DNA of 64,000 nucleotides, taken from the NCBI RefSeq assembly GCF_000142905.1, contig NW_013657676.1, positions 1 through 64,000 on the forward strand. The letters run 5' to 3'. The DNA is from Thecamonas trahens ATCC 50062 (taxonomy: Eukaryota > Protista > Apusomonadida). A program made the translations under genes and the position numbers. Below are positions 10,660-22,900 of this stretch, in pieces. Within the stretch, counting starts at the first letter, position 1. Each line of letters begins with the position of its first letter. The notes under the pieces were generated by a model. It was not told the origin of the DNA. It worked only from the letters and a program-made list of their open reading frames with translations, and did no database searches.

Positions 10660-11319
10660 ATGATGCTCCATACGCCCGAGCCGGAGAAGCGCAAGTGGGC
10701 TGTTGTAGAGACGTCTTACTTTCGTGGTGGGTGGTCTCCATACCTCCCGTCGCCGTCCAAGCCCAAGCCCAAGCCCAAGGTTGCCGACGCCACCCCGCTG
10801 GTTGCCGAGTCGGCCGACGACCGCCCGCCGCCCATCGCCATTCCTGTCGAACCCGTCGTGGTCGAGACAGCGAGCGGCCAGCTCCTCACCGGCCCGCCTG
10901 ATGACGTCGACGTCCTCATTTCCGTCTATGACCGGTACCGCGAGTTTCGTGCGTACATTGCCGCCGACGGCGAGGTGACCTCCAACGCCGGCCAGGTCCT
11001 CGGCTACATCAACATCGATGAGTACGAGGTCGGTTCCGCGGACATGGAGTTCCTCGGCTACGGCAAGGCTGGAATTGATGAGACTCGGTTTGAGGTCTTT
11101 GACTCGAACGACGTTGAGCTCGTCGAGGTCAACCTCGGCACGGCGGTGATCAAGGAGCGCGGCTCAACCGTGTGCGAGATCGATGGCACCGGCGGCTGCA
11201 CCGGGAACGACGGCTCGTTCCTTGGCGAGTTTGAGGGCTTTGGCTACGCCCACATGCGCACCATTGCACTTTATCTTTGCATCCTCGACACCGGCATGCT
11301 CAACTGTGTCGAGGGCTGA
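10660..11319 (+). CDS. Hypothetical protein: Pro-rich N-terminus and acidic, beta-rich repetitive C-terminal domain
   Basis: ATG at 10660 in ORF 10570-11319; GC3-rich codon usage like neighbouring genes; recurring G-x-V...G-x-x-LG units. Confidence 0.6.
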   Translation: MMLHTPEPEKRKWAVVETSYFRGGWSPYLPSPSKPKPKPKVADATPLVAESADDRPPPIAIPVEPVVVETASGQLLTGPPDDVDVLISVYDRYREFRAYIAADGEVTSNAGQVLGYINIDEYEVGSADMEFLGYGKAGIDETRFEVFDSNDVELVEVNLGTAVIKERGSTVCEIDGTGGCTGNDGSFLGEFEGFGYAHMRTIALYLCILDTGMLNCVEG

Positions 11320-11336
11320 GTACCTCTCGGCTGCCA

Positions 11337-12722
11337 CTACGCGCTCGCGCTGTCGCCGGTGGCTTGCGTGGCAGCGACAAGCTGCGAGAACGCCTCGTGC
11401 ACTGCTCGCTGGTACAGAGTAAAGTGAGCAACATAGGCCTTGATGTGTCCGCCCGACACCCACCACAGTTGCGAGCCGGGCCAGTGCTTGTGAAGCGCCT
11501 CGCCCGGCTGCGGCACGTAGCCATCCGCCCGAGCCGCAATCTGAACGATAGCCTGCGGGACGAGCGGCGGCGCATACCGCCGGATGTCGGTCGTCCGGTC
11601 GAGAACAGCGTTCATAAAGTCGACAGAGGTCACGGAGCCGCCTCGGTCGCGGGTCTCCGGCAGCGTCTCCACAAACTGCGGCAACTGCGCGTCGAGCGCC
11701 TCCCACGCGCACCACGACGAGAGCACGCCCTCGGTAAAGACGCCAGCCGCCGAGTGCGGCGTGATCGACGGCACAAGCGCCACCGGCATGCGCGAGACGC
11801 CGGCCACATGGCACGCCATCTGCCCGCCGAGCGACGCGCCCGAGACGCCAAACAGATTGAACCGCTGCTCGGCCGCAAAAGTGTGCATGAGCGAGAGTGA
11901 TTCCGAGACGAGGCCGCCGCCCATGGCAAACAGGTCCGACACGTGGTGGAGCGACGACCGGAACTGGCCCTCTGGCTTGCGCTCGCCGTAGAACGGCGTC
12001 TCGAGCACAAGCGTGGCAATGCCCATTTTGGCCAGCGGTTGTGCGTGCAGCACCCGGCGCCGCGTGTACCCGTGATCACCCGTCGGCGCCAGCAGGATGC
12101 ACAGCGGGCGAAGGTCCGGTCGCGCCGGGCTCGCCTCTTGCGCCGCTGCAGCCTCGGCGTCCTCAGCAGCATCACGCTCAGCCGGCGCCCACGATCCGCC
12201 ATCGCTCGCATCACTTCCGCTCCCGAGTCCGCTCAGCACCGACCGCCACCGGTTGTGCCACGCTGTCTGGGCCGGCCCGCCGTCGCTGCCCTCGTCGACG
12301 GCCTCACCGACCTGATCGACAGACCTGGGATGGAAAGCAACCTTGGGCTCAAACAACATAAACCGAGCCGTATGCGCCTCATGTGGCAAGAACTTGATTG
12401 CCGGTGAGGTAAAAGCACCACTACGACGAGTCCAGTACGGCTCATCCTGGGTGGCGCCGTCGTCCCAGGCAATGTCAAGATCAGACGAGACAAAGGTGTC
12501 GTAGTACAGATCGCGACCATTCTGAGCCGCATCAGCCAGCGACAGCATTTCCTCCCACAGCTCCTTGCTGCCTCCATGCCAGCCCTTTTTGAAAATGGGC
12601 TCATCCGAAATCCTCGACAATGTCCATGGCCTCGCCAGCATGTCCAAAAGCGACGTCGAGTTGAGGGCACGCAGCGCCGCCAGCGGCCGAGCCAATGATC
12701 CTACCACTCCCTTCTGTGCCAT
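11337..12722 (-). CDS. ABHD18: ABHD18 (C4orf29/DUF2048) alpha/beta hydrolase
   Basis: LAPTGDHGYTRRR, LETPFYGERKP.GQFRSSL..VSDLFAMG, GVSGASLGGQMA, DGYVP, WPGS, GGHI.AY. Confidence 0.85.
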   Translation of the reverse strand: MAQKGVVGSLARPLAALRALNSTSLLDMLARPWTLSRISDEPIFKKGWHGGSKELWEEMLSLADAAQNGRDLYYDTFVSSDLDIAWDDGATQDEPYWTRRSGAFTSPAIKFLPHEAHTARFMLFEPKVAFHPRSVDQVGEAVDEGSDGGPAQTAWHNRWRSVLSGLGSGSDASDGGSWAPAERDAAEDAEAAAAQEASPARPDLRPLCILLAPTGDHGYTRRRVLHAQPLAKMGIATLVLETPFYGERKPEGQFRSSLHHVSDLFAMGGGLVSESLSLMHTFAAEQRFNLFGVSGASLGGQMACHVAGVSRMPVALVPSITPHSAAGVFTEGVLSSWCAWEALDAQLPQFVETLPETRDRGGSVTSVDFMNAVLDRTTDIRRYAPPLVPQAIVQIAARADGYVPQPGEALHKHWPGSQLWWVSGGHIKAYVAHFTLYQRAVHEAFSQLVAATQATGDSASA

Positions 12723-13121
12723 CCCGTCACGCCCTCCTTCCGTTCGTCAGTCTCCTTGTCCTCGGCGACAAGTCTTTGGCCCCTTCCCCTTACTCTCCCT
12801 GCCCTCTGCACGCCCCGTCTCTATTCCGTCTCTGTCGGCCTGTCGCTGTCCGCTCGCCACCCGCCTGTCGCCGTGACGTGGACACAAGCGCTGTCGTGCT
12901 GCAGCCAGACACAAAGCGACGGCGCGATGAGATAGCTTGGCGAGCTGAAGGTAGAGCCGCGGATTGTTGCTGGGATCTGATGACTTGGCCACTTGTGTAA
13001 CTCATTCTTGACCCTAGCCTTGGCCATGGGTCGATCCGGATATTACCCGCTTGTCTGCAGCATGTATGTGCCTCGGCTGCACCTCCGCCTCGAGACGATC
13101 ACCTCCATGCCGGCGGCAGCC

Positions 13122-13181
13122 ATCCCCTCCCCCATCCCCATCCCCATCCCCATCCCCATCCCCATCCCCATCCCCATCCCC
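13122..13181 (+). repeat. (CCCCAT)n hexamer microsatellite
   Basis: Tandem ccccat units seen directly. Confidence 0.9.
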
Positions 13182-13402
13182 ATCGCCATACTCATGATCC
13201 ACCTACATACGATGCATCTGGCCAAGCCATTGAATGCCCGTGCGTTGTGGTTCCGGCCTGGATGCGGCCTCGAGTCGCGCTCGGCCTGTGCCGGCGATGC
13301 GTTGGTGGGGAGTGGCAGACAGCACACTCAACTCGGGCGCTCGCAGAAGAGAGGGAGAGGTAGAAGAGTAGAGAGGCTGCGGTGGTTGTAGGGCAGAGAG
13401 AC

Positions 13403-14173
13403 ATGGAGTATTCGGCAGAAGAGGCACAGAAGGCTATTGCGGATGTGGTGGAGAGGGACTTGTACGAGGAACTGGAGCTGGTCGCTCAGCCGCCGCCGAC
13501 CGACAAAGCCATTCGCAAACAGTATCGGTCTCTGGCACGCAAGGTCCATCCTGATCGGAATCCTGGAGATGAAGCTGCTGCTGCTGTCTTTCATGCCCTG
13601 CATCGGGCGTACGAGGTTCTCTCGCACCCGCAGCTCCGGATTGCTTATGACTCGGTTCTCGCTGCAAACGCGTCCAAGAAGCGGAAGCGGCAGGAGATGC
13701 AGGCCGAGAGACGCGCAGCGGCCGACGAGATGGATGCCCGGGAGGAAGCTTCGCGCAAGGCCAAGAGAGCCCGTCATAAGGCGGATGCGCAGCAGGCGGC
13801 AAAGGACGTCGTCGATGCCAAGAAGCGCGCGGCGCTGAAGGACCAGATCGCGTCACTGAGAGCGATGCACACCCCGCTGGCATCACCAGCGCCAAGTCCG
13901 CCGCCATCGGCTACCGCTAGCCCTGCTCCGCCGGGCGTTCGCGCCATTGCGCTCAAATGGAACGCAAAGGTTGGCGGACCGGATCGTGTCAAGGAGCTGC
14001 TTGGCATGTTTGGCAATGTTGACTCGTGGCTGCACAAGCCGCCCAAGCCCGGCAAGTCCAAGCACAAGGCCGTGGCGGTGATGGCTAGCCAGGACGAGGC
14101 GGAAGACGTCATGTCGACAACCGCGGCCTCGTCATGGGCAAGTCGCGGCATTGCCATGTCGTGGGCAGGGTGA
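13403..14173 (+). CDS. DNAJC17: DnaJ-domain protein with C-terminal RRM-like region (DNAJC17/Cwc23-like)
   Basis: DLYEEL..IRKQYRSLARKVHPDRNP..AYEVL..RIAYD (J domain with HPD), basic coiled coil, then LKW...LLGMFGNV...AVAVM (RRM-like). Confidence 0.7.
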   Translation: MEYSAEEAQKAIADVVERDLYEELELVAQPPPTDKAIRKQYRSLARKVHPDRNPGDEAAAAVFHALHRAYEVLSHPQLRIAYDSVLAANASKKRKRQEMQAERRAAADEMDAREEASRKAKRARHKADAQQAAKDVVDAKKRAALKDQIASLRAMHTPLASPAPSPPPSATASPAPPGVRAIALKWNAKVGGPDRVKELLGMFGNVDSWLHKPPKPGKSKHKAVAVMASQDEAEDVMSTTAASSWASRGIAMSWAG

Positions 14174-14207
14174 GCATCGGCGGATGTATTGGCTCAGGGA
14201 GTCGGGG

Positions 14208-16225
14208 CTACGGGCGCGAGGCCGCGCGCATACGCGCCAGCTCGTTGACAGCAACGAGATAGGCCTTGACAAGCTGGTCCTTATCGAGCGCGCGGGGGTT
14301 GACACAGACAAGTCCGTCGGGCCCAGGAAAGGCGACCGAGGTAACCGAGCTGTCCCAAACAAGCGTGCGGCTGGACGAGTTAGCGAGGACAGCTGTCGCC
14401 GCCGGTGGCGGCTTTGACGACGCTGGCGGACGGGCCGGCGGCGTTGGCCGCTTGCCACCGACGGCGTCCTCCAAGATCGCGTCCAGGCGAGCGTTGGCGG
14501 CGATAGTCTCGCGGGCCTCGTAGGCCGCCATGACAACTGTGCGTTGGTCGCGCTCCGGGCGGAGCGTGGTGTCGTCGCTGACGGCAGCGCCGAGTGAGAG
14601 CGCCTCGATGGCGACGTCGAGACTTTGGACGTACGCCGTGAGCTGCGGCAGCGACTCACATGTGGCGACGTCGCGGACGCGAGCAATACTCGAGACAACA
14701 GTGGCGACGTCGTGCTGCGAGCCTAGTTCGATAAGCGGAAGGCGGAACGACGACGACGAGTCGGCGCCCGCGTGGCCCGGGACGAGTGAGCCATCGAGCG
14801 TGAGCGACGCTGATGATGATGAGAGCGCGTGCTGGGTGGCAAATGTCCGCTTCACCTCTTCGACGCCGGCGATAAACTCGGCCTTGCGCTCGGGGGACTC
14901 AAAGAGGAGCTCGAGGAGGTGCTTGTGGTCGTGGACTCTCAGGGCGTCGCGGTCATGGTCGAGCTCGCGCTCCATGGCGAGCGTTGCAGCGCTCAGCTTG
15001 AGCTGCAGCGTGTAAATACGATGGTTCTTGACCTTGCGCTTGCGGCGCTGGATGAGGAGTGAGTCAGTGAGGAGGCAGAAGCGCGCGGGATACGAGTCGA
15101 CGGTCTTGGACGGCGCCCGCGGCGTGTGCATCAGCTCGTCGAGGCCTAGCTCAAACACAATGGTCTCGCCGGCCTCGACAAGCTTCTGGCCGAGATGGAG
15201 GATGCCGGTGAGCTCGGGTACCGGCTCGATCATCGCCAGCTCGTCCTCGACTCGACCGTAGCCGCGCGAGATCGATGCCTGCTCCTGGACTGCCATCTTG
15301 AGGTCCTTGAGCCGGCCGAGAACTTCGTTGATGGCGCTGATGTCCGCGCCCGAGAGCAACTCGCATGTCTGGAGCTTGGAGACCAGCCGAGGGTAGAGCA
15401 TGAAATGAGCCAGCGGCTTGGAGAACAACATTTCCGGCAAAATGGCCTTGCTCTCAAGGTATCGGTTGAGCTCGGACGACGCCTTGGCTGGCATTTCCGT
15501 CGCCAGGTATCGCTTCATCAGCTCCCGATGACGCGCAAAGTCGGCATAGGCATAGAGCCGCGGCATGGTGCCGAGAAAGGCGGTACAGGTTTGAACAACC
15601 GAGAACGGGGTGTCTGCGCGGCCTGAGAGCTTGACAAACAGAGCTTTGTTGGCCTGCAGGAGGGCGTCAAACCGCGCGAGCAGCCGCCCGCCCTTGGAAT
15701 CACTGGGCTCATCGGCGAGGACCGCACTGAGGACCTCGACCATCGACTCGAGGAGCAGGACGTACTGCCGCTCGGCCTTGAATATGGAGACAATGGTGAG
15801 GGCGGCAGCCGATGGGCGTGGCCCCTTGCCGGTCGTCGCAGACGGTCGCGGACCCGGGACCGGCCGCGGCTTCGAGCCCGGCTTGGGCTTGGGTGGCGGG
15901 CCTCGGGTAGGCAGCGACGGCGACGTGTGGATCTGCTCGGATGTGGTGCGCTGGCGTGAGCGGCGGAACCCGTTCGCCGGCCGTGGCTTACTGGCACTGT
16001 CGCGGCGGAGAGGGCCTGGCTTTGGGTGCCCCGCGCCTGGCACAGGGCGTTCGCCTGCCGCCCCAGCCTGTCCACTAGCAACAACAGACGACGCCGATCT
16101 CGCACGTGATGTCGGCGGAGGCGGCCCCAGTGCCGAGCTGGTCCGTGGCGGTTGTGCTGTAGCCTCGCGGACCGCCTGAATGTCCCGCAGCTTTTCCGAT
16201 GGCCGACGGGGGCGTTGCGGCGGAT
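14208..16225 (-). CDS. DH-PH RhoGEF; 5' exon(s) not resolved
   Basis: SIFKAERQYV..L (DH CR1), LFSKPLAHFMLYPRLV..L (CR3), PH domain (FCLLTDSLLI...FESPERKAEF). The ORF has no early ATG. Likely acceptor TAG at 16228-16226 with a CTGAC branch point just upstream. Confidence 0.7.
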
Positions 16226-16907
16226 CTACAACACCGTCAGCAGCAACCCGTCCAACAGCCACAGTCAGAGCCACAGCCACAGCCACAGCCCAAGCCGGAA
16301 GCAATCCCCCCCAATCCGAGCGCACATCGATTGGCAGCAATTGCAAGGGCACGATTGGGGTTGGGGTTGGTGGGGGGAATTGGAGGAGGTAGCAAGGTCA
16401 TGCCAGCAGAGCAACCAGAACGAGTTCCATACCACCACCATAGCAACCATAGAGTAGTGAGTGTGGGGTCTTTCTACATAGCCAGCTGTGATGTGTCCTC
16501 CCGTCACAATGCTTGCATATGAGACGGGAGAAGCAGGGACACAGTGGGGTTTCGTGTGGCAGAGGTAGAAAACCCTGTGTAGCACCTGTCCCCCCCCCCT
16601 CCTTCCCCCCAACACAGCCGCGGACTCTAGGGAAAGAGAAAGAAGAGGGAAGAGGGAGGGGAAAGGGAGGGAGGGTGACGTACGCAACGGCATGGTGGAG
16701 GGTGGGGTCGAGTTGGGTGGGGTGTGTGGGTGGGGTGGGGTGTGGGAGTGGGGGGGTGGGAGGGGGGAGGGGTTAGTCGACGAATGTCGCAAAAGGAGTC
16801 CTCTGGACAAATACCGTGCGGCTCGGGTTGTCGGCCAAGGACGGTTGCCCCCCCCTCCTCAGCCTCCCACAGCCTCATCTCAGCTATCTCGGTTGGATTT
16901 CGCCACT

Positions 16908-19900
16908 TTACTGCGAGTCGGACCAGTACTCGTCATCAGAGACACTCGATGATGAGAATTTGTAGAATGGGCCGACGTAGAAGGCATGGGGCTTCTTGTT
17001 CGGAGACCGCGAACGTGAGCTCGACCGTGGCCGCGAGCGTGATCGGCTGCGCGACGACGAGCGAAGCGGGAGATCTTCCGGTGAGACAAGCTCGAGCGGC
17101 TCTCCGTCGTAGAGAGGGCGGTCCGCTGCGGGTGTCCGCGACCGCCGCCGGCGCGACCGTTTCGGCTTCAGTGACGATGGCCGCGACTGCGACCGAGACC
17201 GCGATCGCGACCGAGAGTGTGTGTGCGGGTGTGCGGGTGTCTTGTGCGAGCGAGACGGGCGAGGTGGGAGCGAGTGGGCCGGCGCCCATGGATCGTCAAA
17301 CCCGTCGTCGTCCATCGACACTGCCACATCGCGGTGGGCGTTCTCCGATATGGCCGCGAGGAGCTCCCGCTCGTGCAGCGCCAGCGGTGGCCGCGACCGT
17401 GACCGAGACCGCGCGGCAGCGGCAGCGGCAGCAGCAGCCTCGGGATCGCTGCGGCCGTCCTGGAGCGACATGGCCGCGATTGAGGAGTTCGGGCTCCACT
17501 CGAGCGAGGTTGTCTGGGTGGCAGCCGGACGCGAGCGTGAGCGCGAGCGGGTCTGCACTGGCACGTCTCGGACGCTGTCATTGTCTTGGTCACTGATAGC
17601 CGAGTCTGACATCGAGTCCTTAATAGACGCCTTGGAGCGCGTCGTGCTTCGGCCTGCGCCATCCGGAGACGTCGACCGAGTCACCACCGTGTACGACTTG
17701 CCCGGCACCACCTCGCCGTCGGCAGAGACGCTCGGTGCGACCCGTCGGGTCACGGTCTTGGTAACCACGGTCTTCTGGAACTTGCCTGGAGAGGCCGTGG
17801 CGGGAATGTCGGAGATGTCGCTCGAGTAGTAGCTCGAGTACAGGTCGGACGGCAGCGACGAGGACGATGGCGGCGGCGGCGACGAGGTGATGGGCAACGG
17901 TGCCGCGGCCGTCTGCGGCGCGGCAAGTGCAGCGGGTGTCCGCGGCGGTTGCGGCGGCACACGCCGCGGTGTGCTCAGTTGAGAGTCTGCCGACTTGGCC
18001 GACGACAGATGTGATGAGCGATGCGAGCGGCGCGAGTTCTCGATGTGGATGTGGTGCTCCTCGGTCCGGCTCACGTTCTCTTCGCGCCGACGGCGGAGAC
18101 AGAGGAGAAGGAGCAGGAGAAGGAGGCAGCAGCAGCAAAGAAGTGACAGGAGGAAGAGAAGAAGACCCCAAATGTTGGACGACGAGATCGAGAAGATCGA
18201 ATCATCGCTCCCCGAGTTCGCGCCACCAGTCGAGACTGCGGCGACGCCGGTGGCAGTCGCCGAACCTGTGTCGGGCGGCGGCGGAGGCGAGCCTGCCCCC
18301 GTCCCGCTCGTGGCGGTGACGGTCGGCGGCGGCGGCGGTGCGTCGGGAGCACCTGCAGCGCGGTTGGGAACAATGTCTACAACGTCGGTAGCAGCATCGA
18401 TGAGCATGAGGACAGGCGTGACAACGGCGTCGTTCTCGACAAGATGGGCCCAAACGCGGGTGACCATAAAGGCTTCGACGGCGTTGCCGTTTTCGACCGC
18501 GCCGTAGAGGGCTGACGGGTATGGAAGCGGCGTCCAAGTCCTCGTCGATGAGATGCCAGTGCCCTTGTAGACATAGCCAATGCCATCGTCGATCATGGCG
18601 ACGGCCACCTCGCCCTGGCGCAGGGTGTAACCGGCGCGTGGGGCATCCGTAACAAAGTAAATGCGATGGTGGGTGGTTGGCGTGTGTGGCACGCCCGTAG
18701 CAGCGTGGGTAACCGCAAACAGCGCGACCGTGAAGTCGTCGATGGCAAGGATCATCTCGCGATAGTCGTTCTCGGCCGGAAGCTGGTTCCGCGAGGCAAC
18801 GGTGCCAGCGTCAATGCCGTCATTCTCGGTGTCGGGGATGACAGAGACAACCATGTTTGGTAACGACGGAGTGGCGACGAGGGCGGACCATTCGGCATCA
18901 ATGCCGTCTATGTCGAGCGCAAGACGTGGGGTCGAGCCTGTGTCCGACGGGTTGCCCGGCGGCGGCGGTGCGCGCGGCAGCGGGGCATTGCGGTCAGGAA
19001 CGTAGTCGACTACGTCGTCGGAGAGGTCTCCGAGGGTACTCGAGTCGGTGCGCAGCTCGGCATGGACCTCCATCTCGGTGTTGGTCGGCAAGAGCGAGGC
19101 AAAAGCCTCGTGCTGGAGCAAGACTTCGGTGATGTCGTCGCGGACGGTATGCGAGTAGAGGTCGGGGTCAATTCGCGCCCAGGCCCAGTCGTTCGAGAGA
19201 TCCAGGCCCGAGTACAGATAACCAACACCGTTGTAGATCATGGCAACGGCATAGGTGTCAGGCACAATCTCCATGCCTGCCGACGGGAGCGTCGGTGCCT
19301 TGGGCGCAAAGTATATGGCATGATGAGTGGTCGACGTTCCGCCACGGCGGATGGGACCACGCACCGAGACAGCTGCGGCAGTAGCCTCGACTTCTGGCGA
19401 CGACACGTAGCGCAGAATGTCAAAGTCGGTGCTCGGCTCATCGATTGGAACTGAGTACTCGAGCGGCAGCTGCGAGAGACGACCGTCGTCCTCGGGATCT
19501 TCGATGTAGTGCAGCTGGAACGGCAGCTGGAATCCAGTCCAGTCATCCACAAGGCCATCGACAGTGACCGGCAGTGCGGTAGGCGTGGCCGGTGGCACCG
19601 GGGTTGGCGCGGGCGTTGGCGAGGGCGTCGGCGCAGGCGTCGGCGCAGGCGTCGGCATGGGCGTCGGCGCAGGCGTGGCCGGAGTTGCCACCCAGTCGAT
19701 GACAAAACCAGATCCCTGACCGCTGGCGTCCGAGATGAACCGGAAGCTGGCATCGCCCGGGAGTGACGGGAGTGTCGGCAGGGTGCTGCCAGAGAACGAG
19801 TCGCCGGTGGAAAGGGTGAGGACATCGCGGCCGGCCTCGGTATCAAACTCGGTCGCTGTGAGCGTGATGGTAGTCGACGGCGGGAAAGCAAACTGCCAGG

Positions 19901-22900
19901 TGCAGTCCAGGTTTGGCGTGTAGGATCCAGTCGACGAGTACGGTGAGGGCATGGATATGGTGCCTGTCGAGCCGGACGGCACGATGGTAGTGCCAGCGCA
20001 AGGAACAGTTTCCGGCGGCGCCGGGGCGGGCGTTGGCATCGGTGTCGGTGCAGGCGTCGGCATGGGTGTGGGGGCCGGTGTGGTTATCATCCAGTGAACG
20101 ACAAAGCCGTGGCCGGCGACATCGGTGTCTGAGGTGAACCGCAGGCTTCCGTCACCAGGGATAGTCGGCAGCGACGGCAGCGTAGTGCCAGAGTAGGCAT
20201 CGCCAGTCGAGAGGGTGAGGAAGTCGTGGTTGAGTTCGGTGTTGAACTCGGTCGCCGTGAGCGCAATAGCGGTAGATGGTGGGAAGCCAAACAGCCACGA
20301 GCAGTCAAGGTTCGAACTGTAGTACGTCGAGCTCGAGTACGGAGCCGGCATCATGATGGTGCCTGACGTACCCGAGTTGATGACAGCAGTGCCGGCGCAG
20401 GTATGAGGTGCCGGTGTTGGACCAGGCGTCGGGGCCGGCGTCGGCGAAGGCGTCCCACTGCATGAGACCACTGCGGTAAAGTCGATAATAGTCGTTCCGC
20501 GTGCGGTGTGGTAGTCGCTGCCGGTCGGCGGGTTCGACGGCGTTGCTGCAGAGTTGAACGCCCACGCAACCAGATTCGGGCCGGCCACAATGTCGCGGTC
20601 CTGGCTATCGCCAGTCACAAGCGCCCGTGTGAAACGCGCCTGTAGCACGCCGCCAAAGTTCATCACCGTCACATCCGTCAAGTCGTTGACAGTATCCACG
20701 GCCACAGGACCAGATCCGGCCCCGCGATGTGTGTCCAGAAGGTACGGCGTTGCACCGTCCACGTACGCAAACGCAAAGTCGCCATTCGCCATCGAGGTTG
20801 ATGAGGGGACAAAGCCGAGCCCAATCCAGCCGGTATTCGCCGGAACCGACATACCCAAAGTGATGAGGGTGTCGGAAGAGGTGATCGGCTGCCAGTAAAC
20901 ACGCATGCCGTGAGTGCCGACGTCGATGCACGACATGGTGCTGAAGCTGGGGGTCGGAGCCGGAGTCGGGGGCGGGGTCGGGACCGGAGTGGGGACCGGA
21001 GTGGGGGCCGGGGTCGGGGCCGGAGTGGGGGCCGGGGTCGGGGGCGGGGTCGGGACCGGAGTCGGGGCCGGAGTCGGAACTGGCGCGGGCGTTGGCGCGG
21101 GCGTCGCTGCGCATGACGATGTAGCCGTAAAGTCGATCGTCACAGTTCCGCGCGCCGTGTGGTAGTCGCTACCGGTCGGCGGGTTCGACGGCGTCGCTGC
21201 AGAGTTGAACGCCCACGCAACCAGATTCGGGCCGGCCACAATGTCGCGGTCCTGTCCATCCCCGGTCACAAGCGCCCGTGTGAAGCGCGCCTGCAGCACA
21301 CCGCCAAAGTTCATCACCGTCACATCCGTCAAGTCGTTGACAGTATCCACGGCAACAGGACCAGATCCGGCCCCACGATGTGTGTCCAGAAGGTACGGCG
21401 TTGCACCATCCACGTACGCAAACGCAAAGTCGCCGTTTGCCATCGACGTCGACGACGGTACAAAGCCCATGCCGACCCAGCCGACGTCAGTCGGCACCGA
21501 GAGCCCAAGCATGATCTCCGAGCTCGCGCCGGTGATCTGCTGCCAGTACACGCGCATGCCATGGCTGCCGACCTCCATGCACGACAGGCCAGAAAGAATG
21601 GTACCAGGGGTGGGCGCAGGAGTAGGCGCAGGTGTCGGCGCAGGTGTCGGCGCGGGTGTGGGAGGCGGGCTCGGTGGAGGCGGGCTCGGAGTAGGCGGAG
21701 GCGTGGGCTCTCCACCCGTCGTGCCGCCGCTCGTCCCGCCACTCGTTCCGCCACTCGTTCCGCCGCTGCACGACATCACAGCAGTAAAGTCGATCATCTC
21801 TGTTCCCCGCGCCGTGTGGTAGTCGCTACCGGTCGGCGGGTTCGACGGCGTCGCTGCAGAGTTAAACGCCCACGCAACCAGATTCGGGCCGGCCACAATG
21901 TCGCGGTCCTGGCTATCGCCGGTCACAAGCGCACGTGTAAACTGCGCCTGCAGCACACCGCCAAAATTCATCACTGTCGTACCTGTGTAGTCACCGACAG
22001 TGTCCACGGCCACAGGACCGGATCCGGCCCCGCGGTGTGTGTCCAGAAGGTATGGCGTTGCACCGTCCACGTACGCAAACGCAAAGTCGCCGTTTGCCAT
22101 CGACGTCGACGACGGTACAAAGCCCATGCCGACCCAGCCCGTGCTCGACGGCACAGACATACCCAGTGTGATTGTCGTGTCAGTACCGGTGATCGGTTGC
22201 CAGTACACCCGCATGCCCTGGCTCCCGACCTCCATGCACGACATGCTGCTAAAGTTGGGCGTCGGGGCCGGCGTTGGTGCGGGGTGGGCGCAGGAGTAGG
22301 CGAAGGAGTAGGCGCAGGAGTAGGCGCAGGAGTAGGCGCAGGAGTAGGCGGAGGCGTGGGCTCTCCACCCGTCGTGCCGCCGCTCGTCCCGCCACTCGTT
22401 CCGCCACTCGTTCCGCCGCTGCACGACATCACAGCAGTAAAGTCGATCATCTCTGTTCCCGCCGCCGTGTGGTAGTCGCTACCGGTCGGCGGGTTCNNNN
22501 NNNNNNNNNNNNNNNNNNNNNNNNNNNNNNNNNNNNNNNNNNNNNNNNNNNNNNNNNNNNNNNNNNNNNNNNNNNNNNNNNNNNNNNNNNNNNNNNNNNN
22601 NNNNNNNNNNNNNNNNNNNNNNNNNNNNNNNNNNNNNNNNNNNNNNNNNNNNNNNNNNNNNNNNNNNNNNNNNNNNNNNNNNNNNNNNNNNNNNNNNNNN
22701 NNNNNNNNNNNNNNNNNNNNNNNNNNNNNNNNNNNNNNNNNNNNNNNNNNNNNNNNNNNNNNNNNNNNNNNNNNNNNNNNNNNNNNNNNNNNNNNNNNNN
22801 NNNNNNNNNNNNNNNNNNNNNNNNNNNNNNNNNNNNNNNNNNNNNNNNNNNNNNNNNNNNNNNNNNNNNNNNNNNNNNNNNNNNNNNNNNNNNNNNNNNN

